Notes: a model not told the origin generated them from the sequence alone. DNA of 64,000 nucleotides from a virus (IMGVR_UViG_3300032310_000320:1-64000), one strand, 5' to 3'; positions 8,578 through 17,149 are shown, counted from the stretch's first letter. Program-made: numbers and translations.

Positions 8578-9423
8578 TTAGCGCATTGTTCGCATCGCCG
8601 CAATCATAGCTGCCGACTGCGCTGCGTTTTGAGACCTATCAGAATCTCGTTGAAACACCGGGTCACTCATGATGTCACGCATGCGAGCTCCCGGTGGTAA
8701 TCGTCGCATCAATTCCTCGATTGAATCATTTTCTGCTTGACGATTCCACATACCACCAACGCCGCCCACCAAGCCACCAAGCCCTGCACCAATCAAACCA
8801 CCAACACCCGCACCTTCCAAACGATTGTTACCGCCACCCGCCATGCCGCCTAAATGCGCGCCAGCAAGACCACCAACGCCTGCGCCAAGCAGTGCCGTCA
8901 GCAATCCTTGTTTTGTGGGACTTGCCATTGTTTCGGCAGGATCAGTCGCATAGCTAGTAAAGATACGAGGCAACCAGCGATTTTGACCTTCATCAACGCG
9001 TTCTTGCTCTTCAGGAGTAAACTCACGCCGCGCATCTATAGGTAAGAATTGCTGAGTGCCGAGCTGAGGCGTACCATAAGGTTTTTTGTTTTCTTTGCTT
9101 TCTTTTGTCAGCGCGTTTCCAAGTTCGTGTAAGCCAATGCGCCCAGTACCGATGGCTGAACCAGAAAGCGCGCCAATCCCTGCACCACGTAACATGCCGG
9201 CAAGACGACTACGCTTCTTAGCTGTCAGGTTACCGGCATCATCTTCATCTACATCGTGCCCCGGAAGTATGCCACCAAGCATGCCACCAACACCTGCGCC
9301 AAGAACACCATGCCCGGCAATGGAACCTAGACCACTTGTGATGTTTTCAGGCGTAAGAAAAGATGCTGATTCTTTGATAAGCGCATCTGCCGCAAAACAG
9401 CCAAGGTCGAATGCCGTCGTCAT
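8578..9423 (-). CDS. Glycine-zipper protein with TAFDLG leader (paralogue of 8104..8538)
   Basis: Identical first 16 aa MTTAFDLGCFAADALI; SRLAGMLRGA loop; four Gly-rich segments. Confidence 0.6.
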   Translation of the reverse strand: MTTAFDLGCFAADALIKESASFLTPENITSGLGSIAGHGVLGAGVGGMLGGILPGHDVDEDDAGNLTAKKRSRLAGMLRGAGIGALSGSAIGTGRIGLHELGNALTKESKENKKPYGTPQLGTQQFLPIDARREFTPEEQERVDEGQNRWLPRIFTSYATDPAETMASPTKQGLLTALLGAGVGGLAGAHLGGMAGGGNNRLEGAGVGGLIGAGLGGLVGGVGGMWNRQAENDSIEELMRRLPPGARMRDIMSDPVFQRDSDRSQNAAQSAAMIAAMRTMR

Positions 9424-9486
9424 GGTCGTTCCTCGCTAAAGTATTCACATCAAGAGTTCAGTATAACACCTCACCACGAAAGAACA

Positions 9487-10194
9487 TTATCGCCGCACTC
9501 TAAGCAAGTTTACGTACTTTGTTGTAGCTGATTTGATCGTGTACTTGGACATAGGCGCTAATTGTCCAGACAATGCTAATTGTTGATTAGCCACGTTAGA
9601 CGCATCTTTGTCTTTTTCTATGTAGTTGGCTATGCGCAAATCCGTGTCGTGAGGTATGTGGTAAAGCACCTCATCAATGTTCTGCACGACAACTTTGCGC
9701 ACGCCTGATTTGCGCAACCTCTTATAAAAGTCTGTGTCGTCATAACCCCACCCGCGCGCAGCTTCGTTGTATCCGCCAACTTTAAGCCCATGCTTTTTCT
9801 CGAAGAACACAAATCCCCAGTACTCTACCTTGCCACGTGAAGTACCACAGTGAAATGTATTAGTGCCGTGAGATTGTGCTAATGTTTTTACAAACTCAGG
9901 ATCGACCAATACGTGATCAATGTCTACTTTGCAAATGCACGGTTGGCTGGCAAAACGCAAACCAACATTCTGTGCAAAGGCTTGGGCTATGAACGAAGTT
10001 TCGCCATCAACTCGTATGACTTTGGTTTTAGGATGACCTGTAACAGACCTTAACGAAGGATCAGTATACACAGGCACAGTACTAGACCAATCGACAATAA
10101 TCACTTCAGTAATCAAAGGCTGCTCTATCCACGAACTCACACACCGCACAATCCTGTCTGACCGATTCATGACTGGCGTAATAAGACTGATCAT
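9487..10194 (-). CDS. Glycosyltransferase (GT-A fold, GT2/GT7-like)
   Basis: Starts MISLITPVMNR; IIVDWSS, KVDID (DxD) and GWGYDDTDF motifs. ORF track extension to 10353 runs through a terminator. Confidence 0.75.
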   Translation of the reverse strand: MISLITPVMNRSDRIVRCVSSWIEQPLITEVIIVDWSSTVPVYTDPSLRSVTGHPKTKVIRVDGETSFIAQAFAQNVGLRFASQPCICKVDIDHVLVDPEFVKTLAQSHGTNTFHCGTSRGKVEYWGFVFFEKKHGLKVGGYNEAARGWGYDDTDFYKRLRKSGVRKVVVQNIDEVLYHIPHDTDLRIANYIEKDKDASNVANQQLALSGQLAPMSKYTIKSATTKYVNLLRVRR

Positions 10195-10204
10195 GAGGGC
10201 TCCA

Positions 10205-10246
10205 ATAGCTAAAAAAAAGACACCCAAGGCCGAAGCCTCAGGTGTC
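10205..10246 (-). terminator. Intrinsic terminator, U8-AGCTAT family (T1)
   Basis: GACAC..GGC-CGAA-GCC..GTGTC hairpin preceded on the + strand by ATAGCT-A8. Confidence 0.8.
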
Positions 10247-10252
10247 CTGATT

Positions 10253-10399
10253 CTACCACTGCATGGTTTGACGCACAGTGGTTTGAACAATAGGCGGACC
10301 ATTGCCGCCATAAAACGCAGTTGTCTCAATCGACAACTGACGTGCGCCACCACATCCTGTTAAGGCGCAAAAGGTGGCGAGTAGAAGATATCTCAACAT
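10253..10399 (-). CDS. Small predicted lipoprotein (48 aa, not in ORF track)
   Basis: Translated by hand: MLRYLLLATFCALTGCGGARQLSIETTAFYGGNGPPIVQTTVRQTMQW; GGAGG RBS; LTGC lipobox; terminator immediately after the stop. Confidence 0.65.
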   Translation of the reverse strand: MLRYLLLATFCALTGCGGARQLSIETTAFYGGNGPPIVQTTVRQTMQW

Positions 10400-10471
10400 A
10401 GGTCCTCCATGACCATGTACGCCTGCTATAAAGGTTGCTAACCCTAATAGCAGGCTTGAGTTAGGGCATCA

Positions 10472-10515
10472 ACAGCTAAAAAAAACCCACCCAAGCCCAA
10501 AGGCAAGGGTGGGTT
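10472..10515 (-). terminator. Intrinsic terminator, U8-AGCT family (T2)
   Basis: CCCACCC-AA-GCC-CAAA-GGC-AA-GGGTGGG hairpin with A8 tract. Confidence 0.8.
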
Positions 10516-10518
10516 AAT

Positions 10519-10767
10519 TTACTCAATATCCTTTTTCATACCGAACAATTGACATTCCAACTGGAACCACAATAATTCTTCCTCCGGCGACACACTACAC
10601 CGTTGACTGCTTTCCGCAATCAGCAGCCAATCTCGCAGTTTTTCCCGCGTTGATCTAATTCCAATTTTGTGACCCTCCCACGGGGTCCAATACGAGTCAA
10701 TGTTTTTTTGAATTTTAGCAATTAAATCTTTGGACGCGTCAAAAGCATAAAGTACGTAACCAGTCAT
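10519..10767 (-). CDS. Small hypothetical protein (putative early gene)
   Basis: GGAGG RBS supports ATG at 10767; lies between a conserved promoter and a terminator. Confidence 0.65.
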   Translation of the reverse strand: MTGYVLYAFDASKDLIAKIQKNIDSYWTPWEGHKIGIRSTREKLRDWLLIAESSQRCSVSPEEELLWFQLECQLFGMKKDIE

Positions 10768-10832
10768 CGTGAGAAACCCTCCTAGCATATTCACTATCTG
10801 AACAACAGCGTTCAGACAGCTAATATGCGGTA

Positions 10833-10866
10833 CATGTAATATGACGCATTTAAGCTTTGGATTTAG
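10833..10866 (-). promoter_or_regulatory. Conserved 34-bp early-promoter-like element P1
   Basis: Minus strand CTAAAT-N12-TGCGTCATATTACATG. Confidence 0.7.
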
Positions 10867-10874
10867 ATGCTCTG

Positions 10875-10919
10875 ATAGCTAAAAAAAACCCACCCAAGCC
10901 CGAAGGCAAGGGTGGGTTT
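10875..10919 (-). terminator. Intrinsic terminator T3
   Basis: Same stem as T2; minus-strand loop C-UUCG-G; U8-AGCTATC tail. Confidence 0.8.
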
Positions 10920-10923
10920 AAAC

Positions 10924-11289
10924 TTAAACCGACACGCCGTCTGCCCACGTAGGGCAGCCGCATTCTCGGGCGATCTCAATCAATTGGCGAGACAGCTCAA
11001 CGCTGTCTCGGCCAAACCTAAAATTTATCTTATTTGCATCTACCATGATCAACACATTTGCTGGAGTTGCGATAAGCAACTCCCAGACAGATCTTTTGGC
11101 AACGAAACCGGCGTAACCGGACGGGTTTGTCGCCGCATCGCGTGCAATTGCCGTGGCAATTGCATCGTGCAATTCGTCCCACGACTCTGGAGTTTCGTTC
11201 AACGTTAGCGAGCCAAAGGCCTTTAACAGCCTTTGGATTGACTCATAAACATTGCCGCGATGAAACAGTTCAACTCTAAGTTCACGCAT
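10924..11289 (-). CDS. Hypothetical protein (putative early gene)
   Basis: AGGAG RBS supports ATG at 11289; ORF track 10924..11313. Confidence 0.65.
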   Translation of the reverse strand: MRELRVELFHRGNVYESIQRLLKAFGSLTLNETPESWDELHDAIATAIARDAATNPSGYAGFVAKRSVWELLIATPANVLIMVDANKINFRFGRDSVELSRQLIEIARECGCPTWADGVSV

Positions 11290-11355
11290 AACAAAGACTC
11301 CTATTGAATCCACACACCTCTAACCCGAAATGGCTTAGATAGCGTGTGTCTTCCA

Positions 11356-11389
11356 CATGTAATATGACGCGTTTCTGCTTCCAATTTAG
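11356..11389 (-). promoter_or_regulatory. Conserved 34-bp element P2
   Basis: CTAAAT-N12-CGCGTCATATTACATG. Confidence 0.7.
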
Positions 11390-11391
11390 GC

Positions 11392-11420
11392 TTGACATTC
11401 ATTCCCAACAAGACCACAAT
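11392..11420 (+). promoter_or_regulatory. Sigma70-type promoter for the sole + strand gene
   Basis: TTGACA-17 nt-CACAAT, back-to-back with P2. Confidence 0.55.
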
Positions 11421-11474
11421 CCCTCTTCGCTAGGCAGGTGATTTGGTTTCTGTTTAGCTTGTTGAGGATTAGCT

Positions 11475-11714
11475 ATGTTGAAGTACGTTGCTCTCAGTTT
11501 CATATGCGTAACCGGTTTTGCCTTTGGTGGCGAAAAGGGCCAAGATGCTAAGGCTCCCGAGAAGGTCACACTTAAGTCGGCCAACAAGGTCATCGTGGAA
11601 CAGAAGACCACAGAGTATGCTCCTGTCGCTAAGAAAAGGAAGTTGCTCTATCGTCCAGTCAGCGTCAAGAAGGTTGTGGGCGAAGTTGAAACCTGTCCTA
11701 ACTGCAAGAAGTAA
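11475..11714 (+). CDS. Small basic secreted protein (signal peptide, C-terminal CPNC)
   Basis: GAGGA RBS; MLKYVALSFICVTGFAFG signal-like N-terminus; own promoter; T4 can terminate it (T-tract on both sides). Confidence 0.6.
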   Translation: MLKYVALSFICVTGFAFGGEKGQDAKAPEKVTLKSANKVIVEQKTTEYAPVAKKRKLLYRPVSVKKVVGEVETCPNCKK

Positions 11715-11723
11715 GTTTGGTTG

Positions 11724-11772
11724 ATAGCTAAAAAAAAGCCCACCCAAGCCCGAAGGCAAGGGTGGGTTTTTT
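11724..11772. terminator. Bidirectional intrinsic terminator T4
   Basis: A8-GCCCACCC..GGGTGGG-T6; same stem as T2/T3. Confidence 0.8.
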
Positions 11773-11774
11773 AT

Positions 11775-12053
11775 TTACTGGTTTGGCTGGTTACGCCAAA
11801 CCCGGTCTAGTGCACCCATCGCCGCGTATGCGGCGCCTCCTATAACATAAATTACAAAAACTATACTTGCAGGAACTGGGATTGTTACCCAGTACCATAG
11901 TATCCATTCGGGTCCTTCGAAAATTTGCGGTACCCATAAAAATTCGACTAGACTCGCCATCAATACAATTGCCGCGACTATAGCGGCAACTTTTAGCACA
12001 ACACCAATTGCCGTAATATATACAGCTACAAATTGAAACATGAAATTCTTCAT
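11775..12053 (-). CDS. Small membrane protein (about 2 TM helices)
   Basis: Two long hydrophobic stretches; ORF track 11775..12074. Confidence 0.6.
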   Translation of the reverse strand: MKNFMFQFVAVYITAIGVVLKVAAIVAAIVLMASLVEFLWVPQIFEGPEWILWYWVTIPVPASIVFVIYVIGGAAYAAMGALDRVWRNQPNQ

Positions 12054-12116
12054 AGCCGAATCCCCCAATAACAACTACGCCACCAAACCGAAGTGGTCTG
12101 ATGGCGTAGTCGTCTA

Positions 12117-12150
12117 CATGTATTATGACACGTTACTGGGTTGGATTTAG
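12117..12150 (-). promoter_or_regulatory. Conserved 34-bp element P3
   Basis: CTAAAT-N12-CGTGTCATAATACATG. Confidence 0.65.
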
Positions 12151-12151
12151 G

Positions 12152-12337
12152 CTAGCTGACTTCCCCTATTTCGGGCAGTAACTCTTCCCTGATAATGTTC
12201 AAGGAAGGATCAGCCGCTATGCCTATTCTTGCCGTTCTGTCGGGTGCGTCTATGTTCACCAGCATCAGGACAATATCAGGTTTATTGTCCTGCCTGAGAA
12301 TAATCCTCTGGCCAATCTTGCGGGTGAGTACAAGCAT
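12152..12337 (-). CDS. csrA: CsrA/RsmA-family translational regulator
   Basis: MLVLTRKIGQRI..ARIGIAADPSLNIIREEL matches the CsrA pattern MLILTRRVGE..VRIGVNAPKEVSVHREEI. Confidence 0.8.
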   Translation of the reverse strand: MLVLTRKIGQRIILRQDNKPDIVLMLVNIDAPDRTARIGIAADPSLNIIREELLPEIGEVS

Positions 12338-12344
12338 CCATACC

Positions 12345-12797
12345 TCACGAAAGAGTTACCATCTGATTGAACTTAAATAGCTTCTTGAAAGACTGCTTGT
12401 GCTTTTCCATTTCTTTCAAGAAGGGTACAAGAGCTTTGGCAGTAACTGGGTCATCGTAGAAAGAAAAGAGTTGGACCTTGTTGGCGATGGCACCTACAGC
12501 GGCAATGACTATGTTGTGGGCACTGCAAATCTGATTGTTGATCCTTTTGCCAGCGTTCCCAATGATCGTGACTTCAATTCTTTTGCAAGGAACAGATGCC
12601 AAGTCAATCTTGCTGTTAATGCAATGCTTGGGATCTATTACCTCAAACATGTCAGCCAAAGATTTGAAATAATCACAACCAATGCGGGCAGGGCCATCTG
12701 TCCAATATTCAACTCTCCACGTGAAGTAAGGCTTGGAAACTTTAGGCTTGGATTTGGTTTTAGAAACTTTGGACTTTGGCGCTTCAACCTGTGACAT
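12345..12797 (-). CDS. Hypothetical protein
   Basis: 150 aa ORF, GGAGG RBS. Confidence 0.6.
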   Translation of the reverse strand: MSQVEAPKSKVSKTKSKPKVSKPYFTWRVEYWTDGPARIGCDYFKSLADMFEVIDPKHCINSKIDLASVPCKRIEVTIIGNAGKRINNQICSAHNIVIAAVGAIANKVQLFSFYDDPVTAKALVPFLKEMEKHKQSFKKLFKFNQMVTLS

Positions 12798-12818
12798 GCG
12801 ACCTCCATGTGAGAAACA

Positions 12819-12830
12819 ATAAACACTTAT
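12819..12830. promoter_or_regulatory. Near-palindrome ATAAACACTTAT
   Basis: One mismatch; upstream of 12345..12797. Confidence 0.35.
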
Positions 12831-12856
12831 AACGAGTTTGGGTTACTCGTGGAGGA

Positions 12857-12885
12857 AGTTTAAAAGTAATAAGATGAGGAGTCAA
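12857..12885 (-). promoter_or_regulatory. Sigma70-type promoter
   Basis: Minus strand TTGACT-17 nt-TAAACT; the -35 overlaps the T5 tail. Confidence 0.55.
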
Positions 12886-12935
12886 TAGCTAAAAAAAAGC
12901 CTACCTAAGCCCTAAGGCAAAGGTAGGCTTTTTTT
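12885..12935 (-). terminator. Intrinsic terminator T5
   Basis: GCCTACCT..AGGTAGGC stem with A8/T7 tracts and ATAGCT. Confidence 0.8.
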
Positions 12936-13137
12936 AATGGCCCATGATCTCCATGAGCCATTTCCACTCATCGGCGCCTTCGTAGGGAAGACTTACTTCC
13001 CGCACTTGCCAGTTTCCATACTGCGCAGCGGCCTTCTGGGCCGCTGCGCGCGATGCATACTGCTGGGGATATGGTCCCCATTCAGCATTCCGATATGCGT
13101 TGGTGGCAAGATCAGAAACTAGGATGTACACTTTCAT
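12934..13137 (-). CDS. Small hypothetical protein (putative early gene)
   Basis: AGGAG RBS supports ATG at 13137. Confidence 0.6.
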   Translation of the reverse strand: MKVYILVSDLATNAYRNAEWGPYPQQYASRAAAQKAAAQYGNWQVREVSLPYEGADEWKWLMEIMGH

Positions 13138-13203
13138 CTCACGACTCCTAACCGAATCCACACACCTCTAAACCGAAATGGCCTAGATAGCGTATAGCTT
13201 TCA

Positions 13204-13237
13204 CATGTATTATGACGCGTTTTTGGGTTGGATTTAG
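13204..13237 (-). promoter_or_regulatory. Conserved 34-bp element P4
   Basis: CTAAAT-N12-CGCGTCATAATACATG. Confidence 0.7.
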
Positions 13238-13246
13238 GCTCACCTA

Positions 13247-13296
13247 ATAGCTAAAAAAAAGACCACGAACACAGGACTAGCCTGTGTCGTGGTCTT
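13247..13296 (-). terminator. Intrinsic terminator T6
   Basis: GACCACGA-ACACAGG-ACTAG-CCTGTGT-CGTGGTC with A8 and ATAGCT. Confidence 0.8.
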
Positions 13297-13299
13297 AGA

Positions 13300-13941
13300 C
13301 TATTTTTTGCGGGGGCGACGGGGAATTTCTTCCCCAGTATGCGTAATATAAATCACGCCACTTTCTTTTGACTCAGGCGCGCGGGCCTTGTCGAGGGCCG
13401 CCACCAAATCTTGCGACAACGCCATATCGGCGTTGGGCGCGTTGATAACAAACACCCACCGGCGGGGTTTGACTTCGCGCACGGCGAAGTCTATTGACGG
13501 CATGATCTTGCCGTCAAGGTAGATCCAAGTTGGACCTACCACCAGTTCCCAAGCTCCAAGCATCGGAGCCTCGGGAACACCCTTTTTTGCGGCAATGGCC
13601 GCGCGGGTTTCGAGCGGCACCGACAGCTTGGGGCCTTCGATTATATCAAAGGCCCCTCCTTGCTCGTTCATGCATCTCCGGGTTGAGCCCGGAGATGGTT
13701 TCTCAAGTTCTGCGAGCGCTTGCTCGCAGAGTTTCACCAATGCCCTCTCAGACTTTAAGTCTGCAAGGGCATTGGTTACGTCAGCTCTTAAAGCTGACGT
13801 AAGTGAAACCTCAGCTTCATATCGCTTCTCCCAGTGAGCGGCGCGATATTGCAATTCGTTGATTTGCACCGCAGCATTAGCGGTGTAAATCAGAAAAGTT
13901 GCCGCAAGCGCGAGCGCCAAACCCAAGATGAAATCCTTCAT
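13300..13941 (-). CDS. N-terminally anchored coiled-coil protein
   Basis: MKDFILGLALALAATFLIYTANAA hydrophobic N-terminus, then a heptad-rich region; GAGGAG RBS. Confidence 0.6.
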   Translation of the reverse strand: MKDFILGLALALAATFLIYTANAAVQINELQYRAAHWEKRYEAEVSLTSALRADVTNALADLKSERALVKLCEQALAELEKPSPGSTRRCMNEQGGAFDIIEGPKLSVPLETRAAIAAKKGVPEAPMLGAWELVVGPTWIYLDGKIMPSIDFAVREVKPRRWVFVINAPNADMALSQDLVAALDKARAPESKESGVIYITHTGEEIPRRPRKK

Positions 13942-14007
13942 CGTGGTACTCCTCACACAGCCAAGTCACCTCTAACCAGAAATTGGTTTGATAGCGTATG
14001 GCCGTCT

Positions 14008-14041
14008 CATGTTATATGACGCGTTTCTAGCTTGGATTTAG
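14008..14041 (-). promoter_or_regulatory. Conserved 34-bp element P5
   Basis: CTAAAT-N12-CGCGTCATATAACATG. Confidence 0.7.
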
Positions 14042-14247
14042 TTTGTGTTTGCGTTGCCACCCTTAGGATCTTCAGCCATGTCAGCTTCCATCCACAGGTT
14101 CCATTTCTTAACCACTCTTCTGCCTTTGTAGTAAAGCACAGGCGTGGACAACTTACCTTCGTAATCAACCCACATCAAAGAATAGTCAGACGTCAATTCA
14201 ACATCCACACCATCCACACTCAACAACTGATATTTCACGCCAGACAT
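14038..14247 (-). CDS. Small hypothetical protein (69 aa)
   Basis: GGAGGTG RBS supports ATG at 14247; the longer track ORF overlaps nrdJ and its terminator. Confidence 0.55.
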   Translation of the reverse strand: MSGVKYQLLSVDGVDVELTSDYSLMWVDYEGKLSTPVLYYKGRRVVKKWNLWMEADMAEDPKGGNANTN

Positions 14248-14258
14248 ATCACCTCCAC

Positions 14259-14295
14259 AAAAAAGAAACAGGCGGGGAATTGTACCCCCACCTGT
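14259..14295 (-). terminator. Intrinsic terminator after nrdJ
   Basis: Minus strand ACAGGTGGGG..CCCCGCCTGT-TTCTTTTTT. Confidence 0.65.
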
Positions 14296-14323
14296 AAGAA
14301 AAACATACCACTTTTTCTTAGAC

Positions 14324-16645
14324 CTAGAACGCGCAGGCACCACCAACACATGCATAATTCTGCGCCGATTCCGTTTGATCGTCATCTTCGTACTGACACA
14401 ACTTGGACCAATCCACCACAGGGAAATCCTTGGAGAACATAGCGTACTGTTCTGGCGTTAATTCCTCATTGGGTGCGTGCTTGTACACACCATTATCTTT
14501 AGGAAGGAAACTGAGGCCTGTGATTTCATCGAAGTGATCATAGACCCAAGAGCCGACTTGAAACCACTCATAGGGCTCCACATAAATAGTCGCGGATACA
14601 GAATGCTCGGCCCAGTTACGTTTCCAGCAGAGCCAGTTTTCCAGTTGTTCAATGGCCGTCATGGAGTTACGTGTGAGACAACCATCAGGAGCAGTCTTGG
14701 GGAAACCAAACACGTACAAGTCATTAGGCCTTTCGGGAGAATCATGGTACGGAACGCCTTGGTCAATTAGGAACTTGGCCACAGGTGAATGCTTTGATTC
14801 TCTTACCCACCTGATTTGCCTGTCTGCGTAACGAGGACTAACACCAGAAGCACAATCAAAGAACACGCTGCTGTCGCCTCCCGGTTTGATGCACGTGTCA
14901 GCCGCCGAACGAGAAATACCAAAGCGCCGAGTAAGGGCTTCATTGGTTTCGTTAACGACTGCTTTGAGTTTGCGGAGAAGCTCAGGTCTGTTGGGATGTG
15001 ATGGATGTAGAAGAGGACAATCAGCATGTCCCGTAATATCCACACCCAGAAGCGCTTCCTCCTCACAGTTCCTACGCCACTGGTCTCTGATGTAATTGAA
15101 ACGAGTACACGTGGCCTGCATGGTACCGAAGTAAGTCGCAACAAGGACTTTCTTCATGAGAGTCGTTTCAGTGTCGTCAGGTCTGGCTACAGCAATAGAA
15201 AGGTTGCAGAACTCATAGGGTCTAAGTTGAATTTCACCGCATGGGTTAAAGCCCCAATCATGTCCCTTCTGCCTACGCTCGGGTGCCTGCATATCCATGG
15301 CTTGGCGATTGCAAATACCACGTTCGCCTGAGTAACTACGAATGAGGGACAGCCACTCATCCATGAACACGTCAGTTGAAGGTTTGGAATGGTACACGGC
15401 TGAGTTGTTGGCCATGCTGCGATGCTTGTTGTCTATGTACCACTGACCCGACTTAGCAGAACGCATTTCATGGCTGCCCAAGTCAGACAATGAAATAAGA
15501 GCTGCGCGTCGTACACCACCTACCTGCACAATGTTGCCAATCATGCAGCAGATGTCGTGAACGTCTATGTCACTGAGATGACGGGTTTGACGGGACAATA
15601 CAATCCGTCTGATGAAAGTCATTAATTCATGGAATGGCTCTGGTCCTGATGCACGTCCGCCTTTGGTCTTGAGACGTGTGCCTTTGGGCCTGACAGCCGA
15701 CGTGTCGAGAATAAAGTCACGCCCCTGAAACAGAAATTCAAGACAGTGGAACAGAGCATCACACCATCCCTCTGTGCTGTCCTCAACCACAACCGAAATG
15801 GGAAGTTCACCCGTCTGCTTGGCGATACGAGGTAACGTAGAAATTTGATCGTACTCAACAGAAAACCCCATTCCTGTACCTTGCATAAGTACATATAGCA
15901 ACTCGGCGAATGAGCGCAGGTCGGTAATTGGCGCGTAGGCACAATTATACACACCCACATGACATCTTTCGAGTGCAGGTCCAGCCATCTGCACCACACG
16001 CATAGCAGGTGATGCCTCTAGCTGATACATAGATTTGGAAAGCATATCCCATTCATCTTGGGTCAGTTTGTTCTTGACCTTAGGAAGATTCTGGAACCAA
16101 GGGATGACACGGTTGAATACAGTTTCCTTCCAAGTCTCGCGGCGTTTCTCGGTGTCATTCCAGCGAGAGAACTTGCCAATAAATTGGTAATACTGTAGAT
16201 CCGTCTGAAAGTGAGTACGGTCCTCGGATACCGCCGAAGCATACGCCGTTGGAACTGGGCGATTGAGTCTGGCTCTGCGCCTGTCTTCTCTGTAGTTCTG
16301 GTAGTGTTCTGCAAACTCAGAGAGGCTTGTGATCCAGAGTTGGGCAATGATGGTTCTTTGAATCTCTTCAACATCGATAGGACCCGTTGCGTTTCGTGTG
16401 ATTAGCCCCAAAACTACATACTCAAGAATAGGATCGACATCAGGCATAGCCACGTTCTGTTCAGATACCACGTTGTTGAAACACCTGAGAAGAGCAGCTT
16501 TGATCTTCTCAATGTCAAAAGCAACAATCGAGCCATCCCTCTTGCGAACTGTCCAACCTTTAGTTGATTCAGCAATGGGTTGTTCGAGCTTCTCAAGAAA
16601 CTCAGGTTGAACAGAACGTACACGGTAAGGTGAATAAGTTTGCAT
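14324..16645 (-). CDS. nrdJ: Class II (adenosylcobalamin-dependent) ribonucleotide reductase with N-terminal ATP cone
   Basis: VRKRDG..FDIEKI ATP cone; YNCAY, GFNPCGEI, TCIKPGG and C-terminal ACVGGAC. Start moved to 16645 (GAGG RBS; the promoter overlaps the earlier ATG). Confidence 0.9.
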   Translation of the reverse strand: MQTYSPYRVRSVQPEFLEKLEQPIAESTKGWTVRKRDGSIVAFDIEKIKAALLRCFNNVVSEQNVAMPDVDPILEYVVLGLITRNATGPIDVEEIQRTIIAQLWITSLSEFAEHYQNYREDRRRARLNRPVPTAYASAVSEDRTHFQTDLQYYQFIGKFSRWNDTEKRRETWKETVFNRVIPWFQNLPKVKNKLTQDEWDMLSKSMYQLEASPAMRVVQMAGPALERCHVGVYNCAYAPITDLRSFAELLYVLMQGTGMGFSVEYDQISTLPRIAKQTGELPISVVVEDSTEGWCDALFHCLEFLFQGRDFILDTSAVRPKGTRLKTKGGRASGPEPFHELMTFIRRIVLSRQTRHLSDIDVHDICCMIGNIVQVGGVRRAALISLSDLGSHEMRSAKSGQWYIDNKHRSMANNSAVYHSKPSTDVFMDEWLSLIRSYSGERGICNRQAMDMQAPERRQKGHDWGFNPCGEIQLRPYEFCNLSIAVARPDDTETTLMKKVLVATYFGTMQATCTRFNYIRDQWRRNCEEEALLGVDITGHADCPLLHPSHPNRPELLRKLKAVVNETNEALTRRFGISRSAADTCIKPGGDSSVFFDCASGVSPRYADRQIRWVRESKHSPVAKFLIDQGVPYHDSPERPNDLYVFGFPKTAPDGCLTRNSMTAIEQLENWLCWKRNWAEHSVSATIYVEPYEWFQVGSWVYDHFDEITGLSFLPKDNGVYKHAPNEELTPEQYAMFSKDFPVVDWSKLCQYEDDDQTESAQNYACVGGACAF

Positions 16646-16688
16646 ACCAAGCCTCGTAGACACAGAACAAAATTGGAGTGGAGAAGCC

Positions 16689-16716
16689 ATTCTAAGGGAG
16701 ACCCCCCGAGCGTCAA
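16689..16716 (-). promoter_or_regulatory. Sigma70-type promoter for nrdJ
   Basis: TTGACG-16 nt-TAGAAT. Confidence 0.5.
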
Positions 16717-16728
16717 GCAAAGTCTCTG

Positions 16729-16774
16729 ATAGCTAAAAAAAGGAACACTGGAGGGTTTAAACCCCAGTGTTCCT
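16729..16774 (-). terminator. Intrinsic terminator T7
   Basis: AGGAACACTGG..CCAGTGTTCCT stem with A7 and ATAGCT. Confidence 0.8.
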
Positions 16775-16783
16775 CAGAAAGTT

Positions 16784-17047
16784 CTAAGCCGCATTCCATG
16801 CAGCCAGAACTTCCTTTCCGCTGTAAATTACCCCGTCAGGGGTAACAGCGGCGACGTCCCCGCAAGGGGACATGTGAAACTTAAAGCCTAAGGCTTTAAG
16901 TTTCACAAGGATTTGCACAGACGCGCCCTCGGTAGGGCGCCCCTCGCGCTGTAGCAAAGCAGCGAAATACATCGCTGCTTTGCTGAAGTTCTTAGCCTGA
17001 AAGTGCTTTTGCACTTTCAGGCCCAAGAAGATTTGATTGCAAAGCAT
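16784..17047 (-). CDS. Small hypothetical protein (putative early gene)
   Basis: 87 aa, GGAGG RBS, flanked by P6 and T7. Confidence 0.65.
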   Translation of the reverse strand: MLCNQIFLGLKVQKHFQAKNFSKAAMYFAALLQREGRPTEGASVQILVKLKALGFKFHMSPCGDVAAVTPDGVIYSGKEVLAAWNAA

Positions 17048-17106
17048 TGCAATCCTCCATGCGTAACATTACCCAAACAACAGCGTTTGGATAGCGTTAC
17101 GCGCCT

Positions 17107-17140
17107 CATGTTATATGACGCAGTTTTGCTGTGAATTTAG
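17107..17140 (-). promoter_or_regulatory. Conserved 34-bp element P6
   Basis: CTAAAT-N12-TGCGTCATATAACATG. Confidence 0.7.
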
Positions 17141-17149
17141 GTTTAGCCA

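Noticed and set aside
16650-16780. Cobalamin riboswitch upstream of nrdJ
   Set aside because: The region is fully explained by terminator T7 and a sigma70-like promoter; no B12-box-like sequence seen.
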